A stretch of DNA of 64,000 nucleotides, taken from NCBI RefSeq assembly GCF_006345805.1, contig NC_043017.1, forward strand, positions 4,712,001 to 4,776,000. The letters are read 5' to 3'. Source of the DNA: Octopus sinensis (lineage: Eukaryota). This document shows positions 53,195-64,000 of this stretch, piece after piece (within the stretch, counting starts at the first letter, position 1; the number at the start of each line of letters is the position of its first letter). The notes beneath the pieces are model-generated. The model was not told the DNA's origin, ran no database searches, and saw only the letters and a list, made by a program, of their open reading frames with translations. A program made the position numbers and the translations under genes.

Positions 53195-53967
53195 AAATGT
53201 TAGCACGCCAGGCGAAATCTTTACCGGTATTTCGTCTGTCTTATGTTCTGAGTTCAAATTCCGCCGAGTTCCTCTTTGCCCTTCATCCTTTCGGGGTCGA
53301 TTAAATAAGTACCAGTTACGCACTGGGGTTGATATAATCGACTTAATCCGTCTGTGTGTCTTTATTTGTCCCCTCTGTGTTTAGCCCCTTGTGGGTAGAA
53401 AAGAAATAGTTATTTCGTCTGCCGCTACGTTCTGAGTTCTAATTCCGCCGAGGCCGACTTTGCCTTTCATCCTTTCGGGGTTGATAAATTAAGGACCAGT
53501 TACGCACAGGGGTCGATGTAATCGACTTAATCCCTTTGTCTGTCCTTGTTTGTCCCCTCTGTGTTTAGCCCCTTGTGGGTAGTAAAGAAATAGGTATTTC
53601 GTCTGCCGCTACGTTCTGAGTTCTAATTCCGCCGAGGTCAACTTTGCCTTTCATCCTTTCGGGGTTGATAAATTAAGGACCAGTTACGCACAGGGGTCGA
53701 TGTAATCGACTTAATCCGTTTGTCTGTCCTTGTTTGTCCCCTCTGTGTAGTAGTAAAGAATAGGTATTTCGTCTGCCGTTACGTTCTGAGTTCAAATTCC
53801 GCCGAGGCCGACTTTGCCTTTCATCCTTTCGGGGTTGATAAATTAAGGACCAGTTACGCACAGGGGTCGATGTAATCGACTTAATCCGTTTGTCTGTCCT
53901 TGTTTGTCCCCTCTGCATTTAGCCCCTTGTGGGTAATAAAGAAATAGGTATTCCGTCTGCCGCTACG
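53195..53967 (+). repeat. Head-to-tail array of SINE family A (4 units plus a stub)
   Basis: Units of about 170-215 bp joined by AAAGAAATAG|GTATTTCGTC; dimers also at 48538-48955, 50416-50816 and 56348-56775. Confidence 0.9.
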
Positions 53968-56149
53968 GTGGTGCATCAGCATGGCCGCAGCTCTGAGCTG
54001 AAACTACAAAAAAAAAAAAAAAAAAAAAAAAATCAATTTCCACCGTTACAATTGGTAACCACACCAATCCAATTGCTACCGCTACATAAATATAATAAAG
54101 TTTAAGAACTGGACAATGGCGGTTCTATTCGTGCTTCACACGTTTCTACCACAAGGCATTTTTATTGATTCTTATAAGCCAATAATCACATGTTGGAAAG
54201 CTTTGGAACTAATCACCACGATCGATGAAATATCAATCAACGGATGTCTATAGGCGCAAGAGTGGGTTGGGGGGTAGGGTTCTTTGTTTTATTTTTAAAG
54301 TCCAGTGCATATTCTATCGGTACCTTTTACTGAACTGCTAAGTTATGAAGACTTAAAACAATACCAGTTGTCAAGTAGTGGCGGACACACACAGACACAC
54401 GTTCTTTTATTCTTTTACTTGTTTCAGTCATTTAACTGCGGTCATACTGGAGCACCGCCTTTAGTCAAAGAAATCGACCCCATGACTTATTCTTTGTAAG
54501 TCTAGTACTTATTCTATCGGTTTCTTTTGCCGAACCGCTAAGTTAAGAGGACGTAAACACACCAATGCCAGTTGTCAAGCGATGGTGGGGAGGATAAACA
54601 CAGATACAAATAAAAATACACACACATATATATACACACACAACGGGCTTCTTTCAGTTTCCATCTACCAAATCCACTCCCAAGGCTACAGTAGAAGACA
54701 CTTGCTCATGATCTTTTTCTTTTTTTTTACGAATCCATGTTTCTCTACCGAGGATCAGTTTTAGTTGATAAAACTGCAAAGCATTTTGGATTAAAGAGCA
54801 TTTGTAGTTTGCTTGAAGCTTTGTGATACAGAAGTAAATTAAGAAATAACGGAAGACGGAGACCTTCAATGTATTGTTTCCGCTTTCATTATGTGGAGAA
54901 GGGGTAAGTTGAAGAACCTTCATATATTTCAGGCTCGAAGATTCATCATAAAAAGTGAACGGCTTAAAAGTATGAGTGTATGTAGATCCTACTGTAATTG
55001 AGAGCGACAGAAGCAGTAATAATAATACGAAAAGATAACCTTCGTCTCTAACTTAATACGGAGGTTGTGTTAGAACACACAATACTGTGTTATTTCCCTA
55101 GAGAGAGAAACTCGCATGAGGAGTTTTGGTGCATAAAAGCATTCGGAATTAAATCGTTGATAGACCACGTGATTAGGTAGTTCTGGCGACCGTAGCAGTT
55201 GATTCTCGCCTGTTAATGATATAATTTCGAATGCTTTTACGTACCAGAAATCCTTACGAGAATTTCTCTCGGCGCTAAGCAGGGGTGTGTCTCGTGGCGC
55301 ATTTTTTCCGGTTTCTGTAACTGAAGAGGAGATAATCACTCCGAAGTGCTGACACCTTACAATCTGTGTAGGTGATGATGCTGCAAGCTGACTTTGCTGT
55401 ATTTACACTATTTCTCTACAGCGAGAAATTTTCTCCATGACAAAACATAATAAATGACCTTCTTACGGGTTCGAACGTGCCCCAAGTATATTTGAACTAG
55501 TATAACCTTCCATTCATACAAATCTGCATTCTAACACAACCTCCACGTTAAATTGGAGATCAAGATTACTTTTTAGATCTTACTATGTTGTTTGCCGAAC
55601 AAGAAAAATGTTTGTTTTATCGATTTCAGCGTAATTTGACCTCAAGCTTAAAGTAAATACTGTCCAACGGCTGTCGACACACGACTACCATCCTTGGGCA
55701 CAGACAGGGATTGCGATGTGTTTTATTGATTTGGCCCCATTTTTTGAATATCTCGAACGTGGCCTGATGTAATATATGGATGACTGTGACTGGATTTGAT
55801 CTTGGAATCGCGCGCAATATAACTAAATATTAAATATTGATTGAAAATTTTATTTTTATGCGCATGTATGGCTGTGTGGTTAAGAAGCCCGCTTTGCAAC
55901 CACATGATTTCGAGTTCAGTCCCACTGTGCACGACACTTCCAGGCTAGTGTCGTTTACTATAACTCCGAGGACGACCAATGCTTTGTGAGTGAATTTGGT
56001 TGATGGTACCGGCAACTCGAGTAGTCTCCCAGGGCGATGTATTCTAAGGGGCGCCGAGGAGGGCGTGACAAAAATATGGACATTTCTACGACCGTTAGTT
56101 TGTACACAGCGAAGTTCAGTTTGTCTGGGGCGCCAGCAGCCTTAGGGCC

Positions 56150-56338
56150 GGACCTGACAAGGATGAAAGAGCGATTCAAATGCTGATGTGGGAACCAATG
56201 TTAGAAAGCTTCATGATAGTCGTCTTGGCAGGACATTTATTGACCGACTGGTTGGAAACTCTGGACTACCGAAGAGCAAGTTAACAAGAGTAACGTGGAA
56301 GAAAGAATTTTGGAGACAAACGGTTGATGGTATTCGTA
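56150..56338 (+). mobile_element. RTE-like LINE extreme 3' ORF remnant
   Basis: Frameshifted LMWEPM...GRTFIDRLVGNSGL...WRQTVDGIR resembles the RTE C-terminal LWEP...RP--T-IDQL...WR motif. Confidence 0.45.
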
Positions 56339-58908
56339 TGCAGATGAAGGCGGCGAGCTGGCAGAAACGTTGGCACGCCGGGCGAAATGCTTAGCGGTAT
56401 TTCGGCTGTCTTTACGTTCTGAGTTCGAATTCCGCCGAGGTCGACTTTGCCTTTCATCTTTTCGGGGTCGATTAAATAAGTACCAGTTACGCACTGGGGT
56501 CGATATAATCGACTTGATCCGTTTGTCTGTCCTTGTTTGTCCCCTCTGTGTTTAGCCCCTTGTGGGTAATAAAGAAATAGGTATTTCGTCTGTCTTTACG
56601 TTCTGAGTTCGAATTCCGCCGAGGTCGACTTTGCCTTTCATCCTTTCGGGGTCGATTAAATAAGTACCAGTTACGCACTGGGGTCGATATAATCGACTTA
56701 ATCCGTTTGTCTCTCTTTGTTTGTCCCCTCTGTGTTTAAGCCCCTTGTGGGTAGTAAAGAAATAGGTATTTCGTCTGCAGATGATGCGGTAGACAGAGAT
56801 AGTGAAAATGGCTAGATAGACAAGTTGTTGGCTAAATAGTGACCGGCGGAGTATGAAAGACAAGCCTGGAGAATAATAGACAATAAGTTAAGAGTTGAAT
56901 AAACAGGTGGATAAGATAAGAGAGAAGACACTTGACAACTGTTGAATAAATTTGTAGTTGAGTAGGCGGACAGATAGACAAATAGATAATTGGACAGATA
57001 GGCAGGTAAATATGTAGATAGATATTTACGTGTAACTACAGGTAGATTTAATAGATCGAGAAATTGGGAAAGAGAAAGATAGTGAATAAATTAAAATTTA
57101 ATGAAATAAATGTGGGTTAAGGGACGACAATGGATGGATAATTGGAGAGAGAGACATGTAAATAAATATGTAAATAGATATTTTACCTGTTATTACAGGG
57201 AGATTAATAAGATCGAGAAAATGAATAAATGAAAGATTAATGATATACAGGTATGTTCTTATGTTCTGTTGCAGGTAAAAGGGGACAACAATGCTTTCAA
57301 TAAGAACGAATATCGATCCGCTCGAGATAAATAAAATCTTACAGGTAGATTATTAATAAGATCGAGAAATTTCGGAAAGAAAGAGAAAGACAATGGTGAA
57401 ATGAAATATGAATGAAATCTACTTGTATTTCATTCATTCTGGTTAAAGGGACGATAAAATATTCAGTAAGAGAGGTGAGGAGGGGGAAAGTGTTTTCTCT
57501 TTTCAATATGAGGGTTGCTTTAATTGAGAACGAACGATAAGCCCAACCGGCAAGTTATGGAAGCACATAAATACCACTTTCATACATCCCCCCACCACAT
57601 GGTTTTAACTCTTGTCTCGTACACAGCTTAGTTAGAGACTACTACTACTACTTCCGCTACTACTACTACCACTACTACTACTACTACTGTTGTTGTTGTT
57701 GTTGGCACTGCTGCTGCTGTTCATGGCAATCATCGTCCATTGCTTTGCTATCATCATCGTATCGCATGGACTTGGAAAAGAAGAAGGAAGCAAGCAAGCC
57801 ATAATGAGTTTCGTTTTCTTGCTGATCAGAAATCGCGCTCAGTGGGGGGGGGAGTGATTTTATGGAGGAGGCGGCGGCGGCAGCGGTGGTGGTGGAGGTG
57901 TGAATCGGTAGATGGGTTTGCGTGAGGGTTTGTAATGGTGTGGAGAAAGAGTGAGAGAGAGAGAGAGAGAGAGGCGAACAACATTTCCCAATTTAAACTG
58001 CCACAGCACGTGTTGCCTTTATCTATTGATTTTTCTAACGGTTCTCTTCTGTCCTACCACGACCACCACCATCATCATCGTCATCACCGTTTCATTCTCT
58101 GCCCACCATCGCCATACAAACACATTTCTCTCTCCACGCACAGAAACCTGCTGTTTATAATACAGTGTCTGTCTTACCTTTTAACAAAGTATTAAACGTT
58201 GAGTGAAGCAGGGATCGGAGCGGTGGAAGGCTCTCTCTCTATCTCTTACAGTGTTTGAATGTGTAAGTATAGTTATGCATGGCTATCGCTGTTGCTTAAT
58301 CCCACGATCAGCTTATTAACTTACTTCTTTACTACCCACAAGGGGCTAAACATAGAGAGGACAAATAAGGACAGACATAGGTATTAAGTCGATTACATCG
58401 ACCCCAGTGCGTAACTGGTGCTTAATTTATCGACCCCGAAAAGCGACCCCGAAAAGCGACCCCGAAAAGATGAAAGGCAAAGTCGACCTCGGTGGAATTT
58501 GAACTCAGAACGTAACGGCAGACGAAATACCTATTTCTTCTGCAGATGATGCTGTAGACAGCTTATTAACTTATTTCTTTATTACCTACAAGGGGCTAAA
58601 CATAGAGGGGACAAACAATGACAGACATAGGTATTAAGTCGATTACATCGACCCCATTGCGTAACTGGTACTTAATTTGTCGACCCCGAAAGGATGGAAG
58701 GCAAAGTTGACCTCGGCGGAATTTGAACTCAGAACGTAGCGGCAGACGAAATACCGCTAAGCATTTCGCCCTGCGTGCTAACAGTTCTGCCAGCTCGCCG
58801 CCTTCCATCAGCTTATTAACTATTAGATCCAGCATTTTCACTAAGAGCTGTTTTGACCGTGGCCATCCTGCCTTTTCCTCTTCTTTTTTCTTTTCGTATC
58901 CTCACGAT

Positions 58909-59124
58909 TATGAGGGGGAGCTAAAAAGTTCCTGGCTTGGGTAAAAGAAAATACAGGAGGATCAATTAATTATGATTTTATTCAGCATATTCCCTTCTCA
59001 GATTCACACACTTATTGCAGCGGTCCTTCAGTTTTTCTAAGCCCTATAAAAGAACAAGGAAGGTTGGGCCTCCAATAAGACCTTTTGCGATAACCTTAAG
59101 GCCAGAAACTTTTGAGCGTCTCAT
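58909..59124. mobile_element. Tc1/mariner-like MITE
   Basis: TA-TGAGGGGGAGCTAAAAAGTTCCTGGC start and imperfect inverted end GCCAGAAACTTTTGAGCGTCTCAT. Confidence 0.6.
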
Positions 59125-59305
59125 CGTCCATCATCCAATATGAATTATCCATTTATTTCTGTTTTAATTTTTAACGCATGGTGTAATTTGAGAGAGAGTA
59201 AAGATTTAGCAGTTATTTCTAGCAAATCGTGCAAGCCACGCTGAATTACTCCCTGTGCTTGCATGAAAGACCGAAAGAGGAGACAAAATGATACTGACTA
59301 AAGCA

Positions 59306-59339
<34 letters not shown>

Positions 59340-59499
59340 TCATGTGTCTGTGTTTACGTCCCCCGTAACTTAGCGGTTCGGCAAAAGAGACCGGTAGAAT
59401 AAGCACCAGGCTTACAAAGAATAAGTCCTGGGGGGGGGCGATTTGTTCGGCTAAAAGGCGGTGCTCCAGCATGGCCGCAGTCAAATGACTGAAGCAAAA

Positions 59500-59990
59500 G
59501 TATATATACCATATTATATATACCTATATGCTTATTATATATATGCATATTATATATATATATATATATTATATATGCATATTATATATGTATATATTAT
59601 ATATCTGCATATTATATATGTATATATTATATATATGCATATTATATATGTATATATTATATATATGCATATTATATATGTATATATTATATATATGCAT
59701 ATTATATATGTATATTATATGCATATTTTATATATATGTATATTATATGCATATTATATATATATGTATATATTATATATGTATATTATATATATGCATA
59801 TTATATATGTATATTATATATATGCATATTATATATGTATATTATATGCATATTATATATGTCTATTATATATATATACATCATATATATATATATTATG
59901 TAATACATATAATATATATAATGTATATCATATATATATATATATACACACACACACATTATATATATATATATATATATATACATACAT
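59500..59990. repeat. AT-rich satellite (ATATTATATATGT/GC)n
   Basis: Direct reading. Confidence 0.92.
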
Positions 59991-60381
59991 ACATCCATTA
60001 CGTATGATGGTGTGTGTATTATTAATATCTCGCGAACGTTCCTATCCGACCTTCTCCCCGCTCGCTACTTTATCTGTTATCTCAATTTACTTCAGGACAT
60101 AAAGTACGGATTGTTTCTTTTTTGTTCCCCCCCCCCACCCCTTTACCTCTTCTATCAGTTGGATGCTGTTTCATGTATGAATGGATGAAGGGAGAGAGAG
60201 AGGTGAGGGGCGCAGATGCTTTCCAGTTCCCCAAATAAATATTGCTCTATATGCAATAGTTTTGTCTTTTTTCTCTTTTTTTTTGTTGTTAGTGTTATGC
60301 ACGTATAATGGTTGAAATTTCCTCTCCCTCACACACACCTACATGCTCTATAATCTGACATCCTTTCTGTGGGTGTGTGCG

Positions 60382-60463
<82 letters not shown>

Positions 60464-61155
60464 CGTACCTACCTACCTACCTATCTATCTATTTCTACCT
60501 ACCTATCTATCTCGTTAATAACCGGCAGAAGTTACAGTCGCATCACCAATCACACGTGTGTGTGTGTGTGTGTGTTGCGATACTTGCTGCTCACCATTCC
60601 TTTTGGCTGATCCCAAAATGGGGAATTTATCGCTGAAAGCGTCCAATGGAAAATTTCGAATTAGTTACAACAATATCTGTGTGGAAAATGAAAGAACATT
60701 AAGAATATATATAAATATGTGTGTGTGTCATCCAATACATGTAATATAAAATATCTGATACAGCATTCGCTCAATTCTCGTGAGTTTAAATATAATCCAA
60801 CATAGATTGATATTAAGATGTACATGCAACATCCTGTGACATACGCAGACACACACACACACACACTTCTATACGTTGCGGTCGCCATGTTGGCTTTTAA
60901 GCCTACAAACATCTCTTCAAAATATGGGATTGACACATAGTTTGGATATTAAATGCGTTATCTTTATTTGTAGAGTGGTAAACAGTAGGAGCACAGAGCT
61001 CTTTACAATCGCTCTTAGCCCGAAACGTAAATTCTACGAAGTTGTCACGAATATTTCCAGTTAACCCCATTGCCTTTTGCGCGTGCGTATGTATGTATGT
61101 ATGTATGTATGTATGTATGTATGTATGTATGTATGTATGTATGTATGTATGTATG

Positions 61156-61190
<35 letters not shown>

Positions 61191-61239
61191 TATGGTGCCC
61201 CAGCATGGCCGCGGCCTTCGGGCTAAAACATTTTTAAGG

Positions 61240-61273
<34 letters not shown>

Positions 61274-62623
61274 GTTAAAAAAACACAAACTGGGACAAGA
61301 ACGTGAAACATTTTGAAGACGACAAAAAAACACACAGACGGGACTTTCGAAGCTCTCAGTCATCAGTCAAGAACCAGATCATCTTCGCAATTTCGGCTGA
61401 TTAATCTTGAGATTGCTCCAATCTGGGCAGCCCGCCAAGGGAAATCTAAGCCAATCGCATTAGATTCCTTGGAAGAAAACCTCGAAAGTATACAACACGG
61501 TGACGGAAAAACGGACGATGTTACTCGAAAAAAATTCAAGAATACGTAAAAACAATAAAGATAGCACGGATATATATATACACATACGAGCAAAATGCCC
61601 CCTGTCCAATGGACGGTGCTGAGTTGTCAAACATTTAAACCAAATTTTCTCAAAACAACTTGTCCAATCATCCCATAGGCCTCCCCTTTGAGAATCACTG
61701 ATTTAACCTAAATTTGAGACACCAGCAAAAGAAGAAATAAAGATACTTTTTTTCTATTCCAAAGAAAAACCATTTCCCACGGTTTTATCGATCGCATTCT
61801 CATCTGGAATCGATTTTTGTAATTTTTTCAAGACCTATACACGCACTGATACCGTCGGTATCTACATTTCAAATTTGAGCGCAATCCGATGGAGGATGCC
61901 CGAGATCCTAGAAGCCCCACACACAAACACACACACAGAGAAACAAAACGGATTTTATATGAGATGTATGTATGTATACGTATGTATGTATATTTGTGTA
62001 AGTACTGTATGTGTATTTGTGTAATAATTTTGATACAAAGACTGATGCTTTATTTTATCGATCTCAAAAGGATGAACGGTAAAGTTGACGTTGGCGGGAT
62101 TTGAGCCGGAAGAAAATACCGCAAGATACTTTTTTGCCGACACTGTATCTCTACTGTTAATCCATTGCTCTTTATTGCACAGTAATGAATTCACGAAAAC
62201 AGAAACGTTTATACGTAAATTCTATTATGGAAAACTATATATTTCGGAGATATACTTGTCTGGCAAATAATTTGATCTGAGACCGTGTGCTGAAAGTAAA
62301 ATAATTACAGCCGGAAAGACACGTTTTAGCCGTTCAAAAAACACGCAAAGACTGTTAAGCGTGGCTGTGTGGTGAGAATTTTGCTTCCCAACAATATGGT
62401 TCCGGGTTCAGTCCCACTGCATGGAACTTTTTGGCGAGTGTTTACCGCTGTAGCCCCTTACCGACCAAAGCTTTGTGAGGGGATTTGGCAGATGGAAACT
62501 AAAAGAAGCCCGTTTTGTGTGTGTGTGTCTTTCTTTGTGTTTGTTTTTCTCCACCGCTTGACAATGTTTTTAAGGCCGTAAACACACCAACACTGGTTTT
62601 CAACAGATGGTCTCACACACACA

Positions 62624-62673
<50 letters not shown>

Positions 62674-62696
62674 ACGGGTTCGTTTCAGTTTTATTA

Positions 62697-63105
62697 TTGC
62701 TAAAGAATGCAATAATAATTACCAACGGATCTATATTCAATAAGCTGATATTACTATTTACCATTAAATAGTAATTACACTAGAAGTGTACAGTATATAC
62801 TACTGTCTTATTTTTAAACATCGAATGGCTAGAAGGGTACATCAGAGTAAAACAGGAATGAAAGAAGTCTTAGATAAAAAAAAAATGGTTGAAAAAAAAT
62901 CTGGTTTACCATAACAGTGAATGATCAAGCCTTTCAAGTCACGTGATTGACTGAAGCACCGTAATTCTCAGCTACAGACGACAGCATATAAAGACAGCAG
63001 CGTATACTATTCACTTCTATAGTAATTACTATTTAATGGTAAATAGTAATATCAGCTTATTGAATATAGATCCGTTGGTATTATTATTATTGCACTCTTT
63101 AGCGA
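62697..63105. mobile_element. Foldback/MITE with ~100-bp inverted arms
   Basis: ACCAACGGATCTATATTCAATAAGCTGATATTACTATTTACCATTAAATAGTAATTAC is perfectly mirrored at ~63025-63080. Confidence 0.75.
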
Positions 63106-63671
63106 TTAAAATAAACGTTACTAGAAATTTTCTTTTATTGGCGATTAAAACCTTCGACGAAGTACGGTATTTTTGACATTTTAACTCATAAATATTTTAT
63201 AAATTTCAACTCTAGCGTTAATTATGCTTAACAACTCAATTTTTATTGATAATAAAATCGTGTGTGATTGATTGATTAGAGTTTAAAATCCTTCGAAATA
63301 TCACTGTAAAGACTGTTTTATTATTTTATTTTATTTTATTTTACTTGTTTCTGTCATTGGACACCGCCTTGAAAGGGTTTGGTGGAACGGACTCCGGTGC
63401 TTATTTTCAAACTTGGTATTTCATTCTATGTGTTTCTTTTGTCGAACTGCTAAGTTACGGAGGCGTAAACAAAGCTGGCTGTGAAGTAGTGATGGGAAAC
63501 AAGCACAGAAAAAAGCGGTGCCCCAACATACATACACACACATACATACTACATACATACAGACAGACAGACAATTAATCCAAACATGAACAAAGGGAAA
63601 CCACAACAACGTGAAGACGTGGAACAAGTATAGTGTTATTGGACGCTCAGGAAAGGAAAGAAAGGAGGAGG

Positions 63672-63706
63672 ATTTAACGTTTCGAGCGGAGCTCTTCGTC
63701 AGAAAC
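63672..63706 (-). ncRNA. Minimal type I hammerhead ribozyme motif, intact core (Penelope-like terminal repeat fragment ~63575-63740)
   Basis: RNA GUUU CUGACGA A GAGC-UCC-GCUC GAAA C GUU^ AAAU: core CUGANGA/GAAA, 4-bp stem II, ACGU palindromic stem III, stem I GUUU/AAAU. Confidence 0.7.
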
Positions 63707-63809
63707 ATAGAAAAAGGAAAGGTCCAAGGAAGGGAAAACACACCTTCAAAATTGCTTTATTCTCGTTACTTTTTGATATTGTTAAGTAGGATGTGAGCTT
63801 AGCTTAAAC

Positions 63810-63953
63810 CAGTGGTTCCCAACCTTTTCACTACCAAGGACCCCTTTTATTTAAATGAATTTTTCCACGGACCCCAGGATATTGAAAGGTCTATCAGCTT
63901 ATGTTTACAGACCTTTAGTACTACCTTTGCGGACCACAAGTTGGGAACCATTG
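63810..63953. mobile_element. hAT-type MITE
   Basis: TIR CAGTGGTTCCCAAC / GTTGGGAACCATTG; 8-bp flanks GCTTAAAC and GCTTGAAT match at 6 of 8. Confidence 0.75.
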
Positions 63954-64000
63954 GCTTGAATCAACAAGTTACTTCCCTCCGCCTTCTTAAGCCATCAAGG

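Noticed and set aside
55070-55339. 89-aa minus ORF in non-repetitive-looking DNA
   Set aside because: No recognisable motif or convincing start or splice context.
61335-61372. Minus-strand CUGAUGA...GAAA GUC in a dispersed repeat
   Set aside because: Weak stem II, no ACGU stem III and no stem I pairing.

Overview
AT-rich, microsatellite- and SINE-dense animal genomic DNA; the repeat landscape suggests a coleoid cephalopod, probably Octopus (inference). The left half holds two head-to-head spliced genes reconstructed by hand. PAXBP1/GCFC1 is on the minus strand (8 exons visible, runs off the window start). TTC8/BBS8 is on the plus strand (11 exons, 18433-30504) with an apparent 1-nt deletion at the end of exon 9. 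The right half has no gene I can support, and a 100-N gap at 38488-38587 splits the window. The most striking element is an orphan cassette at 41635-43545: 81 bp of 28S rRNA, a 5'-truncated R2 retrotransposon at the canonical R2 site, 146 bp of 28S and an A7 tail, all outside any rDNA array. Also notable: minimal hammerhead-ribozyme motifs of the Penelope-like type (one with an intact core), a 792-bp near-perfect palindrome, head-to-tail SINE multimers (one bounded by a single TSD), an RTE LINE with a twin-priming-like inversion, and a perfect 31-bp intronic hairpin. All protein-family assignments come from recalled motifs, not database searches.
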